63,109 nucleotides of DNA from Chloroflexota bacterium (GTDB lineage Bacteria > Chloroflexota > Limnocylindria > P2-11E). The position numbers were made by a program, and so were the translations under genes. Positions 18,463-26,992 of this stretch are shown in pieces. The notes below the pieces were generated by a model. That model was not told where the DNA came from and ran no database searches. It saw only the letters and a program-made list of their open reading frames with translations. The stretch is from contig VBDV01000114.1 in NCBI GenBank assembly GCA_005882765.1, positions 1-63,109 on the forward strand, in the 5' to 3' direction. Every line of letters begins with the position of its first letter. Within the stretch, counting starts at the first letter, position 1.

Positions 18463-19109
18463 CGAAGCTGCCCCGCCGGTCAGGCGCCGCAACTGCGGCG
18501 CAGACGCGCGCGTACGCGATGCGCGCCGATATCCTCGCGCCCCAGCTCCGCACGGAGATCGCCACGGTGCCGGCGACGCCGCACGGGCGGCCGGCGCTCG
18601 TCGTCGTCATGGGTCTTCCCGGCGTGGGGAAGTCGCACTGCGCGCGGCTCCTCTGCGCCCGGCTCGGCGCTGCGCACGTGGCAAGCGACGAGGTCCGCAG
18701 CCGCCTCTTCATCGCGGCGTCCTACGCTGACGAGGAGAACCGCGCGGTCTTCGCCGCGGTGACCGCGCTCGTCGATGGCCTGCTCGGCGAGGGCCATCGC
18801 GTCGTCGTGGATGCCACGAATCTCGTGGCGCGAAACCGCGCCGGCACGATCGGCGTCGCGCGCCGCCGGGGAATCCCGGTGACGTATGTGCGCGTCACGT
18901 CATCAGACGAGGACGCTCGCGCGCGCCTCCTGTCCCGGCGGGCCGGTCGCGCGGACGGGGACCACTCCGAGGCGGACGAGCCCATCTATGAGCGCATGCG
19001 CAGGCAACCGTTCGAACCACCAGCTGAGGGATTCCTTGAGCTCACAAACGGAGCCGACCTGGCGGGCGAGATCGATCGGATCGTCGCCGCGGTCGAGCGG
19101 GCCTCGTAA
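18459..19109 (+). CDS. P-loop kinase-like ATPase (AAA_33 / zeta-toxin-like fold class)
   Basis: GTGA overlap with murE and Walker A GLPGVGKSH. Small size, so the start could instead be the internal ATG (MRADIL...). Confidence 0.6.
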   Translation: MTKLPRRSGAATAAQTRAYAMRADILAPQLRTEIATVPATPHGRPALVVVMGLPGVGKSHCARLLCARLGAAHVASDEVRSRLFIAASYADEENRAVFAAVTALVDGLLGEGHRVVVDATNLVARNRAGTIGVARRRGIPVTYVRVTSSDEDARARLLSRRAGRADGDHSEADEPIYERMRRQPFEPPAEGFLELTNGADLAGEIDRIVAAVERAS

Positions 19110-20161
19110 TGGGGCGATCGCGCGAGCTCGTCTTCGCTGGGATCGCGGCCGTGCTCGTCGTCCTGTATCTCGGCATCGGTATACGGGTCGGTCCGGCGTT
19201 CTTCCCGCCATCGAGCCCCACGCCGACACCGACGAAGCCGGTCACGCTCGTCACTCTGCCGCCCGGGGCGGACGCGAGCGTGAGCGGCACGATCGCGTTC
19301 GCTCTCCGCGGTGACGTCTATGTGCTGTCGGGCAAGGGTTACGCGCCCCTCACGTCCGACGGCCGCTCCCACGAACCGGGCATCACGAGCGACGGCCGCA
19401 CGGTGTTCTTCGCCCGGGTCGAGGAGATCGATGGCAAGCGGATGGTCGATGGACAGGTCGTCCCCGCCCATCTGCGCTTCTCGAACGTTGTGTCGGCGAG
19501 CGCGAGTGGCGGCACACAGACCGTGCTCATCGACGGCCTCGTCAAGGCCGACAGCGGTTTTCACCTCGTGACCTGGTTCGACAGCCCGGCGGTCTCGCCG
19601 GACGGAAAGCGGATCGCGGTCGTCGCCGATGACGGCCAGGGCTACTCGGACCTGGTCCTCTACGACGCGCAGACCGGAAAGCAGCCACTTCCTCTTTCGA
19701 AGGGGTCGAACCTGGCCGACCCGTCGTGGTCGCCCGACGGAAAGACGATCGCCGTCACCTCATACACGCTCGGGACGCCGCGACTTCTGCTCGTGCCCGT
19801 CGATGGCCGCGCATCCGTTCCGCTCACGACTCCGGACGGCGAGCCGTACCGCGCCTCGTATTCGCCCGACGGTTCGTGGCTCGTGTACACGCTTCGCCAC
19901 GAGGGAAAGAACGACCTGCACGCGATCCAGATGAGCGGAATCCATAAGGATGTGGAGCTGACCAGTGACGGCAAATCGTGGAACGGAGTCTTCTCGCCGG
20001 ACGGAAAGCAGATGGCATTCCTCCGAGAGAAGGACGGGGTCATCGATCTTTACTCGATGGACCTCGGCGAAGCGTTGACCGGGGGATTCGCGAAGAACGC
20101 CGTGAAGCTGACGCGCGGGGAGGGGATCGACGGCGCGAGCCGGCCGGCCTGGGGCGCCTGA
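19109..20161 (+). CDS. TolB-like PD40 beta-propeller protein, membrane-anchored or secreted
   Basis: TAATG overlap with the upstream gene. An N-terminal hydrophobic helix and repeated SPDGK/SPDGS...A/V PD40 signatures. Confidence 0.75.
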   Translation: MGRSRELVFAGIAAVLVVLYLGIGIRVGPAFFPPSSPTPTPTKPVTLVTLPPGADASVSGTIAFALRGDVYVLSGKGYAPLTSDGRSHEPGITSDGRTVFFARVEEIDGKRMVDGQVVPAHLRFSNVVSASASGGTQTVLIDGLVKADSGFHLVTWFDSPAVSPDGKRIAVVADDGQGYSDLVLYDAQTGKQPLPLSKGSNLADPSWSPDGKTIAVTSYTLGTPRLLLVPVDGRASVPLTTPDGEPYRASYSPDGSWLVYTLRHEGKNDLHAIQMSGIHKDVELTSDGKSWNGVFSPDGKQMAFLREKDGVIDLYSMDLGEALTGGFAKNAVKLTRGEGIDGASRPAWGA

Positions 20162-20166
20162 CATAT

Positions 20167-21378
20167 TTAGCGCGTAGGCGTCGGCTGCGCATCCAGTTTG
20201 GTCTGTAACTGCGACAGGTCCTTCACGCGCGTACTCCAGCGCGCGATGAGAGCGTCGAAGGTGCTCTGGCTGGACGCGCTGGTCAGATTGGAAAACAGCA
20301 TCGCTATGTCCACCGCCTCGCGGTAGTTGCGTACGAGCCCGTCGCGGTACCACGCGTACTCGGCCGGCGCGCTCGAAGCCGCGAGCACGTCGGCGGCTTT
20401 GCCGTAGGACGAAGCGACCTGGCGCATGTCCGCGGAGTCTTGGGCGCTCCAGCCATCTCGGTTCATGACGTCGCGAAAGAGCCTGGCGCCCTGAATCTGG
20501 AAATCCCCAGCAGTGGTCAGCGCGCTATCGAACTCGTTCGCCTGCGTCACGGCCGTGACTTCGTTCGTCACGACCCACCCGCCGGCGAATATGCCCGCGC
20601 CCACGATCGCTACGAGCATCACCGCCTGGCCCATCTTCCGATGCTCCGCCGGCGCCTTCAGGTATGCGCCGACGCCGCGGACGAGCCGAATGAGCCCATA
20701 GATCACGGCGCCCCATGCGATCACGTACCTGCTGGGTAGGAGCGCGTAGCTCCCGAAGGTCACGATGCACCCGACGAGAAACGCGAGCGCGCCGTTCCGC
20801 GCGTCGCGGAACGCGGCATTGGCCGCGACCGCCGGATCGGGGGGCGTGGCGGTCGCCACGTCGAGGGTCGGAAGCGTCCCGCCGGCGCCCACGGCGGGCG
20901 CATCTGGCAACGACGCGAGGAAAGGCTCGCCCGCGCCCTTCAGCCACACGTGCGTATCGGTGATCTGAGTTGCGCGCACCAGGCGCGTCCCGACCGCCGC
21001 GTAGAGCAGGCCGATGACGCCCCCGATGAGGCCTGCCGTCGCGAGGAGCGGAAGGACGACGTCCGTCGCTTGCACCTGCGTGAAAACGAAGATCGAGGCG
21101 CCGAGGACCGCGAGAGAGACGAGCGCGATATTGATCGCCCGCGAGCGGCGGTGGCGCTCGCACAGTCCGACCTCGACTTTCGCCTGTTTCGCGAAGGCAT
21201 AGGCGATCGCGCCGACCATCATCTCGGTGCCGAGCGGAACGTGGGTCAGCTTCACGGTTCGCCGGTAGCCGTCCGCTGGCTCATTGCATTTGAAGCAGCG
21301 ATCGGGCAGGACGGCGTTGCGGTCCATCGCGACACGCTTGCCGTCGCGCCAATAGCCGGTGAACTGGCTCGCAAACAC
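20167..21378 (-). CDS. Hypothetical multi-pass membrane protein with an N-terminal CxxC...CxxH element
   Basis: Long ORF with plausible composition. It contains CFKCNEP...GLCERH, several hydrophobic helices and a C-terminal soluble helical region. Confidence 0.55.
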   Translation of the reverse strand: MFASQFTGYWRDGKRVAMDRNAVLPDRCFKCNEPADGYRRTVKLTHVPLGTEMMVGAIAYAFAKQAKVEVGLCERHRRSRAINIALVSLAVLGASIFVFTQVQATDVVLPLLATAGLIGGVIGLLYAAVGTRLVRATQITDTHVWLKGAGEPFLASLPDAPAVGAGGTLPTLDVATATPPDPAVAANAAFRDARNGALAFLVGCIVTFGSYALLPSRYVIAWGAVIYGLIRLVRGVGAYLKAPAEHRKMGQAVMLVAIVGAGIFAGGWVVTNEVTAVTQANEFDSALTTAGDFQIQGARLFRDVMNRDGWSAQDSADMRQVASSYGKAADVLAASSAPAEYAWYRDGLVRNYREAVDIAMLFSNLTSASSQSTFDALIARWSTRVKDLSQLQTKLDAQPTPTR

Positions 21379-21432
21379 GCGGCGATCCTATGAGTGGCGT
21401 CGGCCGAACCCGTATCAGGCGCGTGCGAACCG

Positions 21433-22284
21433 CTAGAGCAGCCTCCGACGTATCTGTGCCGAGGCAAAGTCCATCGCGGCCACCGTTATCACGATCATGA
21501 AGATGATCAGACCCGCTTTGTTGTACTGGAACAGGTTGATCGTCTGGAAGAGGTACTGGCCGATACCACCGCCACCGACGAACCCGAGCACCGGCGCGAG
21601 CCGAACGTTTGCGTCGAGTCGATAGATCGAGAACGAGATGAATGGATTCACGATCTGGGGCAGCACCGCGGCCCAGACCACCTGGAAACGCGTGGCACCG
21701 GTCGCGGTGATTGCTTCCGGCGGACCCGGATCGATTCCCTCGATCGCTTCGGAGTAGAGCTTTCCCAGGACCCCGATGTTGTGGAAAGCGAGGCCGAAGA
21801 CGCCGGCCGCGCTCCCGAGACCGAAGATGACTGAAAAGATGATCACCACGATGAGCACGTCGATCGAACGCATCACCGTGAAAAGCACCCGGGCCACTCC
21901 GTAGATCGCCGACGCGACTGGGTTCCCCGTCATGATGTTGCGTGCGCCGAGGAACGCGAGCGGAAGCGCGAACACGATCGAGATGGCGGTCGCGACGACC
22001 CCGAGAAAGATCGTGACGATCATGAGGCCACCCGCGGTGTCCCAGAAAGTCTCGAATTCGTTTTGTGGCGTGAGGATCGAGATATCCCACTGGAGAAGGC
22101 TGATGATCCTTGTGCCCGCGTACTGCGGGTTCGCACGGGAAAGGTCGATGTCCAGCAGGCGGACGCCGACGTACAGGACGGCGAGCGTCACTCCGATCGC
22201 TGACCAGCGCCGCCAGTCGGTCAGCGGCGTCCGCCGCAGCTCCGGCGGCACAGGAAGACCGCGCGCGACGAAGTACTCGGCCAC
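21433..22284 (-). CDS. phnE: Phosphonate/phosphite ABC transporter permease
   Basis: Typical PhnE-like TM pattern with the EAIEGIDPGPPEAITATGA (EAA-loop) motif. The start was trimmed to the GTG at 22284, just after the phnC stop; the 99-codon extension is Arg/Gly filler. Confidence 0.8.
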   Translation of the reverse strand: MAEYFVARGLPVPPELRRTPLTDWRRWSAIGVTLAVLYVGVRLLDIDLSRANPQYAGTRIISLLQWDISILTPQNEFETFWDTAGGLMIVTIFLGVVATAISIVFALPLAFLGARNIMTGNPVASAIYGVARVLFTVMRSIDVLIVVIIFSVIFGLGSAAGVFGLAFHNIGVLGKLYSEAIEGIDPGPPEAITATGATRFQVVWAAVLPQIVNPFISFSIYRLDANVRLAPVLGFVGGGGIGQYLFQTINLFQYNKAGLIIFMIVITVAAMDFASAQIRRRLL

Positions 22285-22298
22285 TAGCTGAGGTTCAA

Positions 22299-23189
22299 CT
22301 AGCGGTCGGCGCCCGGTCCGAGGCGCTCGACAACGGCCGCGTCCGTCGCCGCGTCCGAAAGCGCACGCGGATCCAGGAGCTTCCGAGCCTCGTCCGCCCG
22401 TTGCTCCTCCGCGGTGCGGGCCACGCCGATCTCCACCTCGACGGCGTCCTCTCCGTAGATCTCTTTGAAGCGGCGCTCGTCGATCTCCGCCGGCTTGCCA
22501 TCGAAAGCGACGCGCCCGGCCTTCAACGCGATCACGCGCGTCCCGTAGCGGCGAGCGAGCGAGAGAAAGTGGAGCGAGCAAATGACGGTGATCCCGTCGG
22601 TCTTGTTTATCTCTTCGAGATAGCGGAGGACCGAATGGCTCGTGGCCGGGTCGAGGCTGGCCACCGGCTCGTCGGCAAGCATGAGCTGGGGCTGCTGCAT
22701 CAGCGCCCGGGCGATGCCGACTCGCTGCTGCTGCCCTCCGGAGAGCGCGTCGGCGCGGACATACGCCTTTTCGAGAATGCTCACACGCTCCAGGTTCTCG
22801 AAGGCAAGCGCCACATCTTCGCGCGACGGGCGCGATGCGATCGTCCGCCAGGGCGATCGATATCCGAGGCGGCCGGCGAGGACATTCGCGAACACCGACG
22901 AGCGCTTCACGAGGTTGAACTGCTGGAAGATCATTCCGATCCGCCTGCGGATGCGCCGCAGATGGAGGCCCCTCGCGTGCGTCACGTCATTGCCCTCGAA
23001 GATCACCTGTCCGCTCGTCGGCTCCACGAGCCGGTTGATGCAGCGGAGCAACGTCGACTTTCCCGACCCTGAGAGACCGATAAGCACCACGAACTCGCCG
23101 CGGCGGATGTCGAGAGAAATGCCGTCGAGCGCCCGCGTGTCTCGCGAATAGATTTTTACAAGGTCACGGATCTCAAGGAGCGCCGGCAC
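22299..23189 (-). CDS. phnC: Phosphonate ABC transporter ATP-binding protein
   Basis: Walker A GLSGSGKSTLLRC, the signature LSGGQQQRVGIARAL, and Walker B LMLADEP. Confidence 0.9.
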   Translation of the reverse strand: MPALLEIRDLVKIYSRDTRALDGISLDIRRGEFVVLIGLSGSGKSTLLRCINRLVEPTSGQVIFEGNDVTHARGLHLRRIRRRIGMIFQQFNLVKRSSVFANVLAGRLGYRSPWRTIASRPSREDVALAFENLERVSILEKAYVRADALSGGQQQRVGIARALMQQPQLMLADEPVASLDPATSHSVLRYLEEINKTDGITVICSLHFLSLARRYGTRVIALKAGRVAFDGKPAEIDERRFKEIYGEDAVEVEIGVARTAEEQRADEARKLLDPRALSDAATDAAVVERLGPGADR

Positions 23190-23206
23190 GCGCTCAGGAT
23201 AGAGAC

Positions 23207-23238
23207 AAGAAGACCGCCGGCCGTCCGGCGGTCTTCTC
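23207..23238 (-). promoter_or_regulatory. Intercistronic perfect stem-loop between phnD and phnC
   Basis: agaagaccgccgg-ccgt-ccggcggtcttct (13-bp perfect stem), about 24 nt after the phnD stop. On the minus strand it is followed by a T-rich but interrupted tract. Confidence 0.6.
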
Positions 23239-23261
23239 GAGAATTCGCCGTCCGGAACTGT

Positions 23262-24290
23262 TTAGGGCGACTTGCTTGGCGACGGCGCGACGGTCGCCGG
23301 GGGTCGAGGCGTCTTCGCAGCCTCCCCGGCCACGTCGATCCCCGCGAGCTTCGCGGCCTCACGCACCGGGTCGAAGAAATTCGCCTGGACCTCCTGCATT
23401 CCGTCCCACCCGAAGAGGTCTTTGTAGTTCTTCTTGCCGTCGTCGGTCGATCCGTAGTCGAGGAGCGCCTTCTTGATCTGCCCCGCAATGTCTGTCGGCA
23501 CGTCTTTCCGGATCGCGATCCCGTCGTTCGGGATCGGACCCGCCTTGTCGATCACCTCGGTGACATCAAGGATGTCGGAGGGCATGCCCGCCGCGAGCTC
23601 CTTGGTCTGAAGATCCTTCACGCGTGCATCGATGAACATGGAACCGCCGTCGACCTGCCGGTTGTAGACAGCAAGCGCGGCCTGCGGGTGACCGCCAATG
23701 AACGTGATGTTGTTCGCGCCGCCGAAGAAGGTCTTTGGGTCCTGACCTGTCTTCTGCTTGATCAGAAGCGACGGGAAAAGATAGCCCGAGGCTGAGATCG
23801 TGTCGGTGAAAGCAAACCTCTTCCCCTTGAGGTCGGCAAGCGTCTTGATCCCGCTGTCCTTACGCACGAGGATCTGCGATTCGTACGTCGTGGTGAGCTT
23901 GCCTTCCGCATTTTTACGCAGCGCCGCAGCTATAGGTGTTACGCAACCTTTGTCGAGCGCGAGCGTCATCTGCAACGGAGCGATGAAGGCAACGTCCACC
24001 TGGCCGGCGCAGATGGCGTCGATCTGCGCGGCGTAGCTTGTCGGCACGGAGACCTTCCAAGTGAGGCCTGTCGATTTTCCGAGTGCCGCCGCGATTACGT
24101 TCCCTGTCGCGGTAAGCCGTTGGACCTCGGCCGATGGAGTGATCGCGAGCTGGATCGGACGTTCCGCCGAACCGAGCTTTGGCCCGGCTGCGGTCGGCGA
24201 TGTCCCGCCTGTCCCGGCGCCGCCGCACGCGGCGATCGCCAGTCCCGCGGCCAATGCCCACCCCAGCGGGCCGCGCAAAGTGCTGACCAT
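23262..24290 (-). CDS. phnD: Phosphate/phosphite/phosphonate ABC transporter substrate-binding lipoprotein
   Basis: The start was trimmed to the ATG at 24290 (preceded by GGGAGGGG), giving the lipobox LAIAAC. The PhnD-like pattern FAFTDTISASGYLFP is present. Confidence 0.85.
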   Translation of the reverse strand: MVSTLRGPLGWALAAGLAIAACGGAGTGGTSPTAAGPKLGSAERPIQLAITPSAEVQRLTATGNVIAAALGKSTGLTWKVSVPTSYAAQIDAICAGQVDVAFIAPLQMTLALDKGCVTPIAAALRKNAEGKLTTTYESQILVRKDSGIKTLADLKGKRFAFTDTISASGYLFPSLLIKQKTGQDPKTFFGGANNITFIGGHPQAALAVYNRQVDGGSMFIDARVKDLQTKELAAGMPSDILDVTEVIDKAGPIPNDGIAIRKDVPTDIAGQIKKALLDYGSTDDGKKNYKDLFGWDGMQEVQANFFDPVREAAKLAGIDVAGEAAKTPRPPATVAPSPSKSP

Positions 24291-24307
24291 GAATCCCCTC
24301 CCTGCTT

Positions 24308-25165
24308 GTGAGCGCGTCCCTATCATATGCGGCTGAGTTGACCTTTCTCGCAAAGCTCAGTGCGGCGCAACGCGCGCACGACAGCATCCTCTGTGTTGGC
24401 CTCGATCCCGAACCCGCCTCGATCCCGGAGTCGCTCGGCCGTGGACCGCAGGCGGCCGTGCGGTTTCTTCGGCGCATCGTCCGCGCGACGTCCCCGCACG
24501 TATGTGCGTATAAGCCCAACCTCGCGTTCTACGAGCGGTACGGGAGTGCGGCGATGGACGTCCTCGCGCTCACGTTGCAGGCGATCCCGGCCGACATTCC
24601 GGTGATCCTCGATGCGAAGCGAGGCGACGTCCCGAACACATCGGCCGCGTACGCCGACGCGCTCTTCGATTCGTTCCGCGCCGACGCGGCGACGGTTGCT
24701 CCGTACGTCGGACTCGACTCGATCGAGCCGTTCACGCGAGAGGGCCGGTATGCCCTCGTGCTGGCACGAACGAGCAACCCCGGTGCAGGCGACTTCCAGG
24801 ACCTCGAGGTCGCAGGGCGTCCGCTCTACGAGCGCGTCGTCGAGCGCTGCGTCGAGCGCTTTGCGGCGGACCACTGCGGGTTCGTCGTCGGCGCGACCTA
24901 TCCCGACGAGGCGCGACGCCTTCGCGCCCTCGCGCCCGACCGGCTGTTCCTCATGCCCGGGATCGGATCGCAGGGCGGAGAGATCGGTCTCGCGCTCCGC
25001 GCCGGGCTCGATGCCAACGGCGGCGGCGTGCTGCCTTCGGCGTCGCGGTCGGTGCTTTATGCGAGCCGAGGCGACGATTTCGAGAAGGCGGCGGGCCAAG
25101 CCGCACGGACGTTGCGCGACGCGGCGAACGCGGCGCGCGCGGCCGCGACGGCGGGTGGCCGCTGA
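24308..25165 (+). CDS. pyrF: Orotidine 5'-phosphate decarboxylase (type 2)
   Basis: LCVGLDP, DAKRGDVPNT and PGIGSQGG. The start is uncertain (GTG at 24308 or TTG at 24338). Confidence 0.9.
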   Translation: MSASLSYAAELTFLAKLSAAQRAHDSILCVGLDPEPASIPESLGRGPQAAVRFLRRIVRATSPHVCAYKPNLAFYERYGSAAMDVLALTLQAIPADIPVILDAKRGDVPNTSAAYADALFDSFRADAATVAPYVGLDSIEPFTREGRYALVLARTSNPGAGDFQDLEVAGRPLYERVVERCVERFAADHCGFVVGATYPDEARRLRALAPDRLFLMPGIGSQGGEIGLALRAGLDANGGGVLPSASRSVLYASRGDDFEKAAGQAARTLRDAANAARAAATAGGR

Positions 25166-25494
25166 TGTTCGGCGTCGGACCGGAGGAGCTCGTCCTCATC
25201 CTGATCATCGCGCTCATCGTCCTCGGTCCTGAGCGCATGCCCAAAGTTGCACGCGACATCGGCCGCGTGGTCGGCGATCTCCGGCGGACGTCCGATCAGC
25301 TCCGCGAGGAGTTCCTGAACGCCGACAAGCTGCTAGACAAGGCCGCGGATGCCGCGGCCCCAGCCGCGCCCGTAGCGTCGATCCCTGCGGCCCTGCCAAC
25401 GAACGGGACCGCGCCCCCGATCGAGGGCGAAACGCCGTTCGACCGCGAGATGCGCGAGGCACGCGAGCGCCTGAAGGCCCAGCGCGACGCGTGA
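25165..25494 (+). CDS. Twin-arginine translocase TatA/TatB/TatE family subunit
   Basis: MFGVGPEELVLILIIALIVLGPERMPKVARDIG followed by an amphipathic helix. It overlaps the pyrF stop by 1 nt. Confidence 0.85.
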   Translation: MFGVGPEELVLILIIALIVLGPERMPKVARDIGRVVGDLRRTSDQLREEFLNADKLLDKAADAAAPAAPVASIPAALPTNGTAPPIEGETPFDREMREARERLKAQRDA

Positions 25495-25515
25495 TTACCC
25501 TCTAGACTTTTTCTT

Positions 25516-26874
25516 GTGAACCGCGCCTTCCCCTGGCTCGTCTTCGTGGTCTTCGTGCTGTCGGTCTTCCTCGACATCCCGAAGCACCAGTTCTCGTTCC
25601 CGTTTCCTCCGAGCTGTCCCGGCATCTGCCTCAACCTGGGCCCGATCCAGGTCAACCAGGAGATCAAGACTCACCTCGGGCTTGACCTCCAGGGCGGGAC
25701 CCAGCTGCTGCTCCAAATGAACACCGGCGAGATCCCGGCGGGGCAGAGCGTCGCCGACTACAACGACCGCGCGCGGCGCGTCATCGACCGTCGCATCAAC
25801 GGCCTCGGCGTCTCGGAGCCGGTGATCCAGGCGGTCGGCGACGACAAGATCCTCCTCCAGCTGCCCGGCATCGATGACCTTCAGAAGGCGAACGACCTCG
25901 CCACGCAGCAGGCGAAGCTCGAGATCAAGATCCCCGACGCGGCGAACCCCGGGCAGTTCAAGTCGCTCACGCCGCCACTCACCGGCGAGCATCTGAATCC
26001 GACCTACGTCGCTTTCGACAGCAGCAACCAGCCGGTCGTGCACTTTGAGTTCACCGGGGATGACGCCAATCGTTGGCAGCAGCTTTCCAAAGACTTCTTG
26101 CAACAGGCCGTTCAGATCACCCTCGACGGCAAGCAGATCTCGGCGCCGGTGATCCAGAACGTGTTCACCTCCGGGTCCGGGCAGATCTCCGGTAACTTCA
26201 CCGTCGCCACGGCGAAGGATCTGTCGAGCCTCATCAACTCCGGTGCGCTGCCCGTTTCGCTCACCGTGATCCAGTCGTCGCGTGTTGAGCCGACGCTCGG
26301 CCGCCAGTCGGTCGATCGCAGCCTCATCGCGGGCGCGATGGGCCTCCTTCTTGTCGCGTTCTTCATGATCGCGTACTACCGCGTGCCGGGAGTCCTCGCG
26401 GTGATGGCGCTCGTCTTCTACACGACGCTGACGTACGCGATCTTCCGACTGATCCCCGTGACGCTCACGCTCGCCGGCATCGCCGGATTCATTTTGTCGA
26501 TCGGTATGGCGGTCGACGCGAACGTGCTTACCTTCGAGCGTCTCAAGGAAGAGCTGCGCTCGGGCAAGTCGCTCCGCGTCGCCGTCGAGGAAGGCCGCAA
26601 GCGCGCGTTCCCGTCGATCTTCTACTCGAACCTGGCCACGGTGCTCACCGCCGCGATCCTCTTCGAGTTCGGCACGGGCACGGTGAAGGGCTTCGCGCTC
26701 ACGCTGGGGATCGGTGTTGCGGTCAGCTTCTTCACCGCCGTCGTGGTAACGCAGATGCTGCTGCACGGGGCGATTGAGTTTTCCTCGCTGCGGCGGCGCT
26801 GGCTCTACGGGGTCGAGGAGCGCGCCGTGGAAACGCCCGAGCGCCACGCGCCACGCCCGGCGCCGGCGGTCTAG
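25516..26874 (+). CDS. secD: Protein translocase subunit SecD
   Basis: GLDLQGG, INGLGVSEP, and a six-TM C-terminal RND-like block with GMAVDANVL. Confidence 0.9.
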   Translation: MNRAFPWLVFVVFVLSVFLDIPKHQFSFPFPPSCPGICLNLGPIQVNQEIKTHLGLDLQGGTQLLLQMNTGEIPAGQSVADYNDRARRVIDRRINGLGVSEPVIQAVGDDKILLQLPGIDDLQKANDLATQQAKLEIKIPDAANPGQFKSLTPPLTGEHLNPTYVAFDSSNQPVVHFEFTGDDANRWQQLSKDFLQQAVQITLDGKQISAPVIQNVFTSGSGQISGNFTVATAKDLSSLINSGALPVSLTVIQSSRVEPTLGRQSVDRSLIAGAMGLLLVAFFMIAYYRVPGVLAVMALVFYTTLTYAIFRLIPVTLTLAGIAGFILSIGMAVDANVLTFERLKEELRSGKSLRVAVEEGRKRAFPSIFYSNLATVLTAAILFEFGTGTVKGFALTLGIGVAVSFFTAVVVTQMLLHGAIEFSSLRRRWLYGVEERAVETPERHAPRPAPAV

Positions 26875-26992
26875 CTCCGGAGTAGCTCGACCTCGAGCAG
26901 TCTCCCGATGGGGGAGCGGGCACAGAGCACCGTAAGCGTTACCGATTGCAACTCGGACGACCTTCTCCGTCTTCCCGGACATCCTTCTTTGG

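Noticed and set aside
21433-24290. phnDCE transporter without C-P lyase (phnGHIJKLM), phosphonatase or ptxD genes, considered as a truncated or novel phosphonate pathway.
   Set aside because: Stand-alone PhnCDE-type transporters are common, and the catabolic genes may lie elsewhere in the genome. Nothing in the sequence itself is anomalous.
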